64,000 nt of DNA. Origin: Octopus sinensis (taxonomy: Eukaryota). A model generated the notes under the pieces. It saw only the letters and a list, made by a program, of their open reading frames with translations. It was not told the origin of the DNA and searched no databases. The translations under genes were made by a program, and so were the position numbers. Shown piece after piece: positions 38,230-50,700 of this stretch (position 1 is its first letter; each line of letters begins with the position of its first letter). Where the stretch lies: the NCBI RefSeq assembly GCF_006345805.1, contig NC_043007.1:45384001-45448000 (forward strand). Reading direction: 5' to 3'.

Positions 38230-40790
38230 AACACACACAAAAGAAACTATGCCCGGAGATAAATCTATCAACAACAAAAAAAAATACAGATCTGTTAGCC
38301 TTAAGAAGCTACGTTACGGGAAATGTTTACATGCAGAGAAATTGAAGACGGTGTTATCTCAAAAAATTAACCCTAAACAAGACAGATCCGTCCCCTAGTT
38401 TCAACGTCCAAGCTCTTCATGCCTCTATGATAACAAAGCAAAATACAAACGGGATTGGTCATCAACCTGAACACCAGGGACCTCGTATTCGAATGATGAA
38501 CCAGATTCAATATGAAAAATCAGCTAGTGCGAAACACAGAAACTGGAAATACCCCACAACTGGAATATTCCATCAGATGGCCGTCCATGCTCGTCAACAA
38601 ACAACCAAAAGAAAATGAATGAAAAATGGTCTAGGGGAGATAATAAGGAAGTTCTTATGGACTTCTACCATGCCACATATTTCCTCACAAATAAATCTAA
38701 TACTGAACAAACCTACTTAAAGGTGAGATAGAAAAACCTTGAAGTAAGACCCTACATAGACAGTAACAAACTTGCCAACGTCAGAAGAAGCATTATGAAA
38801 AAGAAATTACTAACTGAATAAGAGATTGACCAAATTAAACAATCAGTAAGGGATAAAAGATGATACTAAAGAAGAAATAATTATAGACTAGTCCAGGGCT
38901 TTTGAAAATTCAATAATGATTGAAAGAGTTAATGTAACTGAAAAGGAAAGTGAAATACTCTCTGAACCAAACATAAACACTAAAGCTGATGAAAGTCAAA
39001 TAGAAGAAGAAAGTCACACAGAAATTGACCCAACAGAACTACATGATCCAAAAAGTCAAATCAGAATTGTATGGCTGAAAACTAAATATACTAGTATCAA
39101 TGAACTCGACACACTCCCGAAAATTCGCAATTCTAACAAAAACCTGAAAATAATTGGTAAAATCCACCTTGTACTTAAGGATATAATTTCAGCTAATGAT
39201 GTTGATATTACAAATTTCAACCCTCTGTACTATGCATCCGCGAAAATCACAACGATTCTGTGTGGTGAAAAGATTAGAAAACGACAACATTCTCACAAAA
39301 AGCCTTCTTGGCAAGAGCGTAAGCAAAATCAAATTCAGCTACTTAGGTCTGACATAGAATGTTTAAAAGACCTTAAGTTTGACATGACTAACAAACAAGC
39401 AAAAACCAAAAATTAACGAAAACATATAATATGAAAACCATATTTGACATCGATACCACCATAGAAACAGGTATGTGCTAAAGCCGCCCGCATAGCAAGG
39501 TATGAAGAGTGTATTAGATCTTCAAAGACAACATCACGTGCAAACATAACCCAAAAAACATTTACCGGAAGTTAAGGAAATACCAGTTACAGTAAAGTGT
39601 GTCCTATCAAAAGAAGTACAGGAATTTTGGAATAAAATTTGGGCAGAAGAAAAAACACACAATGAAAAGGCACCTTGGATTGATAGAATATCTATAGACT
39701 TAGGGTCGTTTGAAGAGCAAAAGTGGGAGGGTATCAAAGCAGAGGGCGTAAGATCTGCTCTAGGAAGTCAAGCAAATGGAAATCACTAGGAAAGGATAAA
39801 TTCCTGACTTCTGGTTGAATGACATACCAGAGAGCCATGAACTGCTTACAAAACTTTACAACTATGTTTTGCAACAAGCTAGTCTGATTCCCTCTTGGCT
39901 AGTTAATGTATTGGTGTAGCATTCCTACTTCCAGAAAATGATGAAACAAATGAACCAAAAAATTATAGAACCATAATCCTGATTAACAACAATGTATGAA
40001 GTGCTAATAACTGACTTGATTAAAATATACCTATAGTTTTTTAAATAAAAAGTGGCATATTGTTTAATGAGGAAAACGATGTACTGCCCAAGAGCAAGCA
40101 CTAAGAACAAATTACATCAAACACAGAATAGACAACATATCAGAAAGTTATAAGTGCAGAATGTGTGGACAAAATGGATGAAACCGTATGGCATATTACC
40201 AGTCAATGTGCACCACTAGCCCAGAAAGCATATGAGACGTCATGACAATATAGCAAGAATTGTCCATTGGACACTGACAGAGCAAAAAAGTGGAACGAAC
40301 ATAAACCCGAAAGCATCATAGAAAATGATAATGCAAAGATCCTGTGAGATTTTATGATTCAATGTGACCGTGAGATAGAGAATAGGAAGCCGGACATAGT
40401 ATTAATTGAGAAAGAAAGCAAACTATGCTGGATCATAGATATAGCATGCCCATGTGACAAGGTATGCGATCAGGAAGGAAGAAAGAAAAGTCGATAGATA
40501 TGACAGGTTAGCTTGGGAGGTTAAGCAGTTGTGGTCGCTGAAAAAGGTAGTAGTAATACTAATAATCGTCGGAGCCCTGGGAACAGTGAGTAAAAATTTT
40601 GAGAAGTACATGGAACAAATAGGGGCTGCAATAAATGTGGAGCACTTGCAGAAAATAACGCTGCTTGGAAATGCTCGAATACTCCAGATGGTGCTCGAAA
40701 ACTAAGGGGCATTACCTTAGTTCACTGGTACTGAGCAGCTGGCACCGAAGTACATCTCCAGCGTTAGAAGCTGTGCAATGACAATAAATA
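38230..40790 (+). mobile_element. Degraded, chimeric R4/Dong-like non-LTR retrotransposon lacking the RT core
   Basis: N-terminal KWSR..KEV..YH..EQTYLK..RPYIDSNKLANVRR motif, ORF 38916-39416, pre-RT region ~80% like 42930-43410 (by eye). At ~40084 it jumps to CCHC (CRMCG..ETVWHITSQC), RHD, RKPDI and K..RY, ending ..LLGNARILQMVLEN*; (GAT)n(TAA)n tail. 5' boundary approximate. Confidence 0.85.
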
Positions 40791-40802
40791 ATAATGATGA
40801 TA

Positions 40803-40849
<47 letters not shown>

Positions 40850-40876
40850 AATAATAATGATAATAATAATAATAAC

Positions 40877-40928
<52 letters not shown>

Positions 40929-40931
<3 letters not shown>

Positions 40932-41482
40932 GCCTTGATGCAATACCAGACAGTGGCTTTGATGGCTTCTGATGTTAACTGAATGGAAGCGTCATCATGT
41001 ATATCGTTTTGTCTTGGTGTAAAAGATGAGCTACTGCAAATATTCTGCCCCATAGCACAGAGTTGCTTGTTAGTAGTTTGACCTTAACCAGTTTACCATG
41101 TCCCTTACTGGCTGACGATATGTGCATCTCTGATCACGAGCAGAAGTGGTGAGGGTGTATCATAGCCATGTATTGAGAGCAATTCTTTCGGGTTTGGATA
41201 ATACACCTCTGGACACATGGGTGTTTAGTTCAACATCCTTAAACAACCCTTATCCAGGGACCTTTTGAGCGGGATGGGCTACTCGACCTGAAGAAAATTC
41301 TACGAGGTCATGCGCTGTTTATCTTAAGATAAGATCACCATGTCACGCACATATTGTTGTGATGCATGTGCCTGGTGTACCATTATCAGATGTGTAGTCA
41401 CGATGGGTATACTGGGCTTCGTATATTTACCCAGTATCACATTGATGGCATGCACTGCTCTCTCACTTACTCACTCACTCAC
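40929..41482 (+). mobile_element. Family D TAA-flanked non-autonomous element, longest copy (~550 bp)
   Basis: AATGCCTTGATGCAATACCAG..GATGGCATGCACTGCTCTCTCACT between TAA arrays; no ORF. Confidence 0.85.
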
Positions 41483-41511
41483 TAATAATGATAATAATAA
41501 TAATAATAATA

Positions 41512-41605
41512 GTACCCTTATCAGACGGGTAGTCATGATGGGTATATTGGGCTTCGTATATTTTATCCCAGTGTCACTTTGATGGCATGAACTACTCTCT
41601 CACTC
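41512..41605 (+). mobile_element. Family D 94-bp 3'-terminal stub
   Basis: GTACCCTTATCAGACGGG..ACTCTCTCACTC followed by (AAT)n. Confidence 0.85.
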
Positions 41606-41647
<42 letters not shown>

Positions 41648-41654
41648 CTTTTCT

Positions 41655-41850
41655 TTTATAAGCACAAGGCCTGAAATTGGTGGAGGGGGATAATCTATTA
41701 TATCGACCCCAGTACTCAACTGGTACTTAATTTATCGACCCCGAACGGATGAAAGGTAAAGGCTACCTCGGCGGCATTTTAACTCAGAACGTAGCGACGG
41801 GCAAAATACTGCTAAACATTTCGCCCAGCGTGATATTCTGTCAGCTCGCT
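41655..41850 (-). mobile_element. SINE family A
   Basis: Reverse match including GTACTTAATTTATCGACCCCG..GACGGGCAAAATACTGCTAAACATTTCGCCC. Confidence 0.78.
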
Positions 41851-41854
41851 GACT

Positions 41855-41913
<59 letters not shown>

Positions 41914-42149
41914 ATGATAATAATAATAATAACTATAATAATAATAATAATTATTATTATTATTATCATTATTATTATTAGTAGTTTTTGTTGTAGTAGT
42001 AGTAGTGGTGGTGGTGGTGATGGTAGTAATAGTAAAAGTTGTAGTAGTAGTAGTAGTAATAGTAGTAGTAGTAGTAGTATTAATAGTAGTAGTAGTAGTA
42101 GTAGTAGTAGCAGTAGTAATATGGTTATTTTATTTGATATACGCTGAAT

Positions 42150-42785
42150 AGCTTAGACTATTGGAAAATAAAATTTCCTAACATCGGGCTACAAGTAACC
42201 GTTAATGGCAAGAACCCTCCTAAGTATCCTAATAACACTGTTTTCTGGAGCTGTACTACACTGGGTTTTAAGCCTACTTCCTCTGTCCATCTGTTCAGAT
42301 CTTTATGGATAGTTCCTAATGCACATATATGTACAAGGATACATTTTACCCGCACTTTCCATAGTTTCTGTAACACAATGGCTAGATGTTTGTACTTGGC
42401 TATTTTCTTTAAGGCTCTCAAATTGACTTCCTCATCATTTGGGATTGATGTCAAAAAATCTGGCACTCTCTATTCTCTTTATCTACTACTATCAAATCAG
42501 ACCATCTAGCTTCTATTACTCTACAGCCTGAATGTTAAAGTCCCACATCTTATATTTCTTACTTTCTAGTATATTACGAGGTTCGTGTTCATACCATTTA
42601 CCAGAATGTTCAAATCCTATCTTTTTATATATCTCCTAGTGGATTACTCTCCCTAGGTTGTCATGTCTTTCCTTGTATTTTCTTTTTCTGTGGTAGCATG
42701 CTACATTTACTTGCTGTACGAATAACACTTCTCTCTTTTGATTTTTGTATAACCTACATTGGGAATCTACTTGGTTTGAAAACTA
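42150..42785 (-). mobile_element. R4/Dong-like RLE C-terminal fragment, third subfamily
   Basis: Minus: RHDNLGRVIH..KWYEHEP..WDFNIQ..KIAKYKHL..LWKV..ALGTIHKDL..LQKTVLLG, with stops. Confidence 0.82.
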
Positions 42786-42816
42786 TTTTAATAATAATAA
42801 TAATAATAATAATAAT

Positions 42817-45560
42817 CAAAAATAACCCCAAGAATTTTTACAGGAAGGTAGGAAAAACAGCGATAATCAAAATTAACCCAAAGAATTTTTAGAGGAAGAT
42901 AGGAAAAACAGCGTTTACTACAAGGTCTGTACCATCAAAAGAAGAAGTGCAGGGATTTTGGAATAAAATCTGGGCAGAAGAAAAAACACACAACGAAAAG
43001 GCCCCCTGGATTGACGGAATATCTACAGAACTTGACCCCAAAGAAGAGCAAAAGTGGGAGGGTGTCAAGGTAGAAGATATAAGATCTGCTCTCAGGAGGT
43101 CAAGCAAATGGAAGTCTCCAGGAAAGGATAACATTCCTAACTTCTGGCTGAATGCCTTCCCAGAGAGCCATGAACTGCTAACAGAACTGTACAATGATGT
43201 TTTGCAACACCCTAGTAGGATGCCTCCTTGGCTAGTTAACGGGTTAACATTCCTGCTTCCAAAAAGTGAAGAAACAAATGAACCAAAAAACTATAGACCC
43301 GTAACCTGCTTAACAACTATGTACAAAACGCTAACATCTGTCCTGACGGAATATACCTATAGTTTTTTAACAGACAGCAGCATATTCCCTAATGAACAGA
43401 AAGGATGTAAACGTGGATCCTACGGCTGTAAAGACCAACTACTCATCAATAAGATGATCTTAGAAGATTGTCACAAACGACACAAAAACTTATCAATAGC
43501 CTGGATAGACTATAAAAAGGCTTTTGATAGCCTACCACATAGCTGGATTAGGAAATGCCTGGAAATGTATAAGATAGCACCTACTCTGCGAAACCTTTTG
43601 ACTGTAAGTATGAGATCATGGAGAACTACACTAACTCTGAACAGTGACAATGAATCCCCAAATGCTGGTGATGTAAAAATTTCGTGTGGCATTTTCCAGG
43701 GTGACTCACTGTCACCACTCCTCTTTTGTTTATCCTTAATACCTCTCTCAAAGCTGCTCAATGACGCGCAGTACGGGTATAAAATGTTTGATAAAAATAT
43801 AAATCATCTCATTTACATGGATGATTTAAAGCTTTTTGCAAAAAATGACCAACAACTCAAGGGCTTACTAGCGGTAGTCAAACAATTCAGTGACGACATC
43901 AGAATGCAATTCGGCCTCGATAAATGGGCAAAAGCTACCTTTATCAAAGGAAAAATGACAGAAACATCTAACGTTAACCTTGACCAGCAGAATGTCATAA
44001 AAGAACTAAACCCAGCGGAGAACTACAAGTACCTAGGGGTAATTGAAGGGAACGGAATAAGGCATTCAGAGATGAAGGAAAGGATCGGGAGAGAATGCTA
44101 TCGAAGAGTGAGAGCAATACTCAAGACAGAGCTGAATGCAAGAAACAGGATCGAAGCGATCAATGCACTAGCCATACCAGTCGTGACTTACAGTTTCAAT
44201 ATCGTTAACTGGTCAATTACTGAAATATGTCAGCTCGACAGAAAAATAAGGAAACTGTTGACAATGCATAGAATGCACCACCCTAAGGCAGATACAGAAC
44301 GACTTTATCTGCCAAGAAAAGAGGGAGACACCTACCTGAAAAACTCTGAGGACTGGATGTTAAAACTTGTCTCAAAACATGAAAACAAGAAAGCATCATA
44401 CTCAGTCACAAAACAGGCAAAGGAATATCTAAGTGAATTCCGAATACAACCAATTTCGGAGTTAGAGATAGACATACAAGAAACAAGCACAGAAAAAGCT
44501 AGGCGCATGAAAACCCGTGCCAAAACTGCGGCCTTAGATATTCTGAATAATAAATGGCAAGAAAAACCTCTCTATGGCAAATACCCAAAGAGAGCGAATA
44601 ATGCAGATATTGACAAAGCCCTAACCCATCAATGGCTAATGGCCTCTGGCTTAAAAACTGAAACAGAGGGGTTTATCATAGCAGCTCAAGATCAATGCCT
44701 ACCAACAAGAAACTACCAGGCCAACATATTAAAGAACGACAGTAGCCCAACATGTCGTGTATGCCGACAACAAAATGAAACCATTGATCATGTTGTCTCC
44801 AAATGCAGTCTTCTAGCGCCTACAGAGTACTTCAACAGGCATGATAGAGCTGCACATTATATTCACTGGGTAATTTGCAAAAACCTGGATTTGCCCCATG
44901 AAAAAAACTGGTGGGAACACAATCCACCTCCAGTGCTTGAAAATGACCACATCTCACTCCTCTGGAACTTCACCATTCAAACTGACAGGAAGATAGATGC
45001 AAATAGGCCAGACATCATATTGAAGGACTTCAGACAAAGAACATGTCTCCTCATTGATATGACTGTCCCAATCGATATAAACGTATCTGTCAAGACCTAC
45101 CAAAAACTGAGCAAATATAAAGATCTTGAAATAGAAATCAGCAAAATGTGGAAGCTGAAGAATAAAACAATACCTGTTGTCATGGGTGCCCTGGGAATGA
45201 TAGCGAAAGGGACTGATTGCTACCTAACTCAGATACCAGGAAACCCCAAAATGGCAGAAATTCAAAAGATAGTGCTCATGGGAACTGCTCATATCCTACG
45301 CAAAATACTCTCTATGTAATCCCAAGGTTTAAAACAAACTTTTTTTAATTTATTTATTTATTTATCTTTTGAAAATTTTAATTTTTATGTATTAGACATT
45401 CACTAGTACAACACCAAAAAAAAAAAAACCCCAAATATTTGGCATAGAACTTCCAACCTGTTGTCTCTTGAGGTCTCTGGGTGAGACTTGGAGCCAACTT
45501 GTACAGACATAAAGCAAAAGTCAAACATAGAATAATAATAATAATAATAATAATAACAAT
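42817..45560 (+). mobile_element. 5'-truncated R4/Dong-like RLE non-LTR retrotransposon
   Basis: TAA array upstream (42789-42816), 790-aa ORF, ~210-nt 3' UTR, (TAA)n tail from 45531. Confidence 0.95.
42947..45319 (+). CDS. Reverse transcriptase + CCHC knuckle + restriction-like endonuclease (R4/Dong-like ORF, N-terminally truncated)
   Basis: KSPGKDNI, NYRPVTCL, EQKG, WIDYKKAFDSLPH, GIFQGDSLSPLLF, YMDDLKLF, YKYLG; CRVCRQQNETIDHVVSKC; RHD, RPDII, D..P, K..KY, GALG, MGTAHILRKIL. Confidence 0.95.
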   Translation: MQGFWNKIWAEEKTHNEKAPWIDGISTELDPKEEQKWEGVKVEDIRSALRRSSKWKSPGKDNIPNFWLNAFPESHELLTELYNDVLQHPSRMPPWLVNGLTFLLPKSEETNEPKNYRPVTCLTTMYKTLTSVLTEYTYSFLTDSSIFPNEQKGCKRGSYGCKDQLLINKMILEDCHKRHKNLSIAWIDYKKAFDSLPHSWIRKCLEMYKIAPTLRNLLTVSMRSWRTTLTLNSDNESPNAGDVKISCGIFQGDSLSPLLFCLSLIPLSKLLNDAQYGYKMFDKNINHLIYMDDLKLFAKNDQQLKGLLAVVKQFSDDIRMQFGLDKWAKATFIKGKMTETSNVNLDQQNVIKELNPAENYKYLGVIEGNGIRHSEMKERIGRECYRRVRAILKTELNARNRIEAINALAIPVVTYSFNIVNWSITEICQLDRKIRKLLTMHRMHHPKADTERLYLPRKEGDTYLKNSEDWMLKLVSKHENKKASYSVTKQAKEYLSEFRIQPISELEIDIQETSTEKARRMKTRAKTAALDILNNKWQEKPLYGKYPKRANNADIDKALTHQWLMASGLKTETEGFIIAAQDQCLPTRNYQANILKNDSSPTCRVCRQQNETIDHVVSKCSLLAPTEYFNRHDRAAHYIHWVICKNLDLPHEKNWWEHNPPPVLENDHISLLWNFTIQTDRKIDANRPDIILKDFRQRTCLLIDMTVPIDINVSVKTYQKLSKYKDLEIEISKMWKLKNKTIPVVMGALGMIAKGTDCYLTQIPGNPKMAEIQKIVLMGTAHILRKILSM

Positions 45561-45567
45561 AATAATA

Positions 45568-46088
45568 ATGTCTTGGTATAAAAGATGGGCTACAGGAAAT
45601 ATTCTGCTCGATATGTCTTGGTATAAAAGATGGGCTACAGCAAATATTCTGCTCAGTACCACAGATTTGCTTGTTAATTATGTGACCATTACCAGTTGAC
45701 CATGTCCCTTAGTGACTGACGATATATGCATCTCTGATCATCAGCAGAAGTAGTGGGGGAGCATTATAGCCGTGCGTTGAAAGAAATTCTTAGAGGTTTG
45801 AATAATTCCCCTTTGGAAACATGGGTGGTTTGTTCAAAATCCTTAAACAATCCTTATCCTGGACCTTTTGAGCGGGATGGGCTACTCCACCAGAAGAAAA
45901 TTCTAACTGGGCCCCACCTTGCAAGTTGGTGCGCTGTTTATCTTGATATGAGATCACCATGTCATGCACATATGTTATGATGCCTGTGCCTGGTATACCC
46001 TTATCACACGGGTAGTCATGATGGGTATACTGGGCTTCGTATATTTTACCCCAGTGTCAATTTGATGGCATACACTTCTCTCTCTCTC
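45568..46088 (+). mobile_element. Family D element, 5'-truncated, with 42-nt duplication at its 5' junction
   Basis: 45568-45609 is repeated at 45613-45654 (1 mismatch); ends CTCTCTC + (AAT)n. Confidence 0.85.
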
Positions 46089-46151
<63 letters not shown>

Positions 46152-47352
46152 TATTATTATTATTATATTATTATTATTATTTTCTTTATATTTTCTTATT
46201 TGCTTGAAATGATCGATATTTCTCTCTGATCGATAGATTTGCATCCATATATATAGTACCTTCAAAAGTACATATTAAATTACATGACGGTGGAGTAATT
46301 GAAGTAACACCTTAGTTCAGCTAGAGAAAGCAATTATTAATACGATCCACAAGGTCCGTGAACCGAGGTAAGGTTAATGATGGTGACAGTAATTTTTACC
46401 TTGTGTAGACTCTCACAAACGTTGGAGAATTTGTGTGAACGCTTCAGTCATCCATGATTGTTAAACAGCAATTCATTTATTCAGAGCTGAAGGGGAAAAC
46501 TGAGAAAACTGTCTTTGGTGGCGTTTCATTGCAGAACATAAGGAAATGAAAGTAAACACGAGAAGACATTTTCACTGACGCTTCTACAGATTCTGTTATA
46601 CAACAAATCAATCGTACGTCGTTGTTAAAAGTTAATGGGAAAATGCTCTGTGTTATTTACTCCGATTCCTTATGTTCTGAGTTCTAATCCCCCGAGGCCA
46701 GCTTTGCCTTTTATCGTTTTAGAATCGATGAAATAAAAAATCAATCTGTTACAAACGTCGATAGTAAAGCGTTGGAGAGCATTACAAGTAATTAGAAGAA
46801 AAACAGGTCCCAGAATTTACTATTTCAGGCACATCATCGGTTGCAGCTCAAAGGACGGTGTAAGTAATCATTTCTTCCACAGTGGCAGGAGTAGCTGATA
46901 CGATGTTAATGGTTCGTTTTCAGTAGATACTGTATATTGTCTTAAGACGATCAGTGGCCAGTCATATTTGTGCGGCAAAAGACATGAGACACGTAAGAGG
47001 AAAGGCCCCAGTTCGAAGGCATTTGGGTGACATGTATGGGCGACCACTTCCCTCCTGAATGTTAAGTGACTCATGACTTCCTATTACCGAAAAGTGCCTG
47101 ATGAATTTGCTGGGCAACGTGTAGAGACAGTAAGTGGGATATAAGCTAAAGAAGGCTGAACAAGAACTAAGAATGGAAGATGGGAGGAGTCACGATGATA
47201 TTCCGTCCAAAATGGCTACTTTATACCAATATACAAAGTCCGATATAGCCAACATGATTACACGTCTGATTACACCAGGCAGATGCATCAGACATATGTG
47301 CGCATCTTAGTTAACTCATGAAGATAAACGGTTAGAATTGTTTTTACGGCAA

Positions 47353-47678
47353 GTAGCCTATCCCCCTGAAAAGGTACCTGTGTTGTTTAAGGATGATGAA
47401 CGAAACACTATGTTTCCAGAGGTGAATTATTAAAACTCCAAACAATTCCTCTCAGCACATGGCCATGATGCACAACCACTACTCCTGCTCGGGATCAGAG
47501 AAGCACATATTGTCATCTACTAAGGAACATACTCAACTGGTTAAGGTCAAGCAACTGACATGCAAATCAGCGGTATTGAGCAAGATATTCGCTGTAGCCA
47601 ATCTTTTACACCAAGACAAATGTACATGTTAACATTTCCAATTAGTTAACATCAGAAGCCATGAAATTCACTGCCACG
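47353..47678 (-). mobile_element. Family D element, old partial copy
   Basis: Diverged reverse match to 40950-41280. Confidence 0.7.
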
Positions 47679-47692
47679 TAATGATGGTGGAG

Positions 47693-47724
<32 letters not shown>

Positions 47725-47725
47725 G

Positions 47726-47788
<63 letters not shown>

Positions 47789-50700
47789 ATAGTAGCTATA
47801 GTAGTAGTCATAGCTATTATCTTTGATTTAAAAAGAATATAGAAGCTGTGCAGTGACATTATCTGTGCATATTCCTCAAACTAGATTGTGTTCTTGTAAT
47901 ACTATATACCAACATAAACTAATATGTTGACGTTAATCAGGTTTTAAACACGTCAAGCGCTCTCGAAACTTTAACTGAAGAGGTTATTTTCCATTTACCT
48001 TTTAAACCAAAATGTTTATATTTTAAACTTGCTTTCAAATATAGACAATATCTTATAATAATTCATGGGGTGCATACACAAGAGTGAAAATCCAAACACT
48101 GGCGTATCTATTTATTCTCAATATGTCTGGCAGATTCAAACGTGAATATCTAATCGCTGTTTGCTTTGTTATCGGAGAATATTTCTTCTCTTTAGACGAT
48201 GTCTGTAAATAACAATAGAGATTCACTAGAATTGGGGAACTTGGGAACACATTGTTGTTTCGATCATTGTGTGTGTCTCCTCAGTCAAAGCTACTGATGA
48301 TGTTATAACTTTCTATAAATGGTGAAAGATGGGAGAATCAGTACAGCAAAACATAAAATGTCTTTCAGTATTCTATCGTTGAGCCCAATTGTATTTTCAT
48401 ATTAAATATTCAACTAGGATGACTTTATAATATCACCGTTATAAATATAAAGAATGAGTGATGTACTGGAGTCGATATAATTGTCTATTGCCCTTCCCCG
48501 GAATAAATAGCCTTTCTTAGGAATCCTATGTTGGAAGCCATTATTACTTATGTCTAATATAATGTGATTACGCTGATAAATGCTTTTTTTCTGCTATACC
48601 ATTAGAAAATTCAATATCCAGAGAGTAGTTTCTTTGTTTGAATTCTGTGTATTGTTTTTTTTCATATAGTCTATGATTTTTAAATATCTTTTAGACAAGA
48701 TATCGTTTCTCTGAAATCAACCTAATTCTCATTTGTATATATTACATCACTAAAATATACCGAACAGCCTAAAGGATTGTATTGATCAAATTCTACTAAG
48801 AAGTGGGAAAAATAAATCATTTATTCGTTCAATTTCTTGCTATATTGCACTAGAACGGAAATATAACAACACATTCAATAGCCCCTTCGGGTATAGAACT
48901 TGAAAAGAGATCAATATGCCAACTGTGCGAAGTAGTGAGTACTTTAAATATATTTGATAGTCAATGAACGTAGCAGCAATAATTGTTCACGAAATAGCTC
49001 TGGTATCTTTTCTCTTCCGATGATAAAATAAACATGTCTCACAGATACATACATCAAAGATGAAATATATATGACAGTCTAATAACATCGCTATATATTT
49101 CAGATGATTTGCAGTAATTTTACATTATACGGCCGCCGAAAGGCTAGTTGTAAATTTGTACGCAATAAATGGCTGTGTGGTAAAGGAATTCGCGTTGCAC
49201 TAACGTTATTCGTGGTTCGATATCTCTGCGAGGCATCAGACTTTTAGCAAATGTTTTCAACTTAACCAATGCTTTATGGGCAGAAATTGGTGCGTGGAAA
49301 TAACGAAATTTCATAGCTTATGTATGCATATATTATGAAAGTATATATATATAGAATTGAAACCGGTCACTACCCACTAGCAAAAAGATAAGGCTTTTTG
49401 TTTGAGTCAAAGTTGTTTGTGGGATCTGTGAATGAGTTGATTGATTTTCCATTGAAAGTACATTTTTCAGTTGATTCAATACCCCGTGTGTGAGTGTGTG
49501 CGTGTCCGTGTGTGTGTGTGTGTGTCTGTGTGTTTCATTACCATTTATGGTTATGTTTTTATGCCATATACACATGCATATATCTAAATCTTCCCGTAAA
49601 TCAGTATCCTTGTTATGGTTTCCCAGTTGTCGGTGTACTATAACCTAATATATTTGGAAAATGCAAATTCTTCCGTTTCTTTTCCCAAAAATACACCGGT
49701 ATTTATTAGGTTTTTATGCAAATCATTTGTTACATTCCCAGTGTATGTATGATAGTAAGCATGGGGGAAAGTCTAAAAGCTCGAGATATGAGAACTGCGA
49801 ATTTTTCAGTCTCACCACAGATATTTTCTTTTCTGAAATTTTAGATGAAGTTTTCTCATAGAACTTATATCTGTATCTGTCGCTGTTTTCTGTTTATTAG
49901 AACGTTCGACAAGTATTCCTTATTATTAAAGGTGCAATTCTATTGTGTTCCTGGTATGCCTTTGGTGAGACCATCAAAGCAAACCTGCCTGTGGATAGCA
50001 TTCAAAAGGGCTTTTAGTAACGACGCCATACGTCGTGGGAAGGGACTGAAACGGGGACACCTTTTGGACAGCTGCTGATGTGTGAGTTATCTTGTACTCT
50101 GACATACAACAATTGACGTTTCCTTTTGAATGGAAATGTTTAGAGGTATCATTATCTGTTAGCAGATATCAGTACGTATCACGAAACGATTTTACTCCCT
50201 GAATTTATAAAGAATATCCGCTCTTGTTCGATTGAGTGGTCCGCAGTTGCTCTTAGCAGACAAAACAACGATGTCGAAATTCCAGCTGTCACAAAATCCC
50301 TTGTAAAATGAAGTCAGTTCGTTATGCTTACATATACATCGAAAAGGGGAAAATTTTTCTCTGTCAGAATTTATTAAGAATAAATATACTAGTTATTGCT
50401 TACTTCTTTTATTGTTCTGGAATTTATAAACCACCTCCTGTTCATTTTTTAAGTTATTAATTTTATTAAATGTGTTTTATAAACTTGGTCGTTGATTGGT
50501 AAAACGGCGTCAGCTTTTTTAAAAAATATTTAAAAATATTCTATGTCTCCAAACACAATCGTTTTGTAATCATTTCTATTGGTTTACAATAGCTATATAT
50601 GTCTGTGTAGTGGCAATAGTTCTATCTCAGTGCTATGGTCTTTACTGTGCTCATCTTTCCTATGCCTGCGATATGCTCGAGGGAATTCTCTATTGGGCTG

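Noticed and set aside
38230-38620. HDV-like ribozyme in the R4-like 5' region
   Set aside because: Expected for some R4/R2 elements, but I could not assemble P1-P4 by eye; needs a descriptor search.
40931-40955. U2 snRNA-like CTGGTATTGCA on the minus strand
   Set aside because: Only ~11 nt match and no other U2 features.
41512-41605. Twister/pistol-like ribozyme in the family D terminus
   Set aside because: Has an ACTGGG/CCCAGT stem and AAGCCC, but loop lengths and pseudoknots do not fit.
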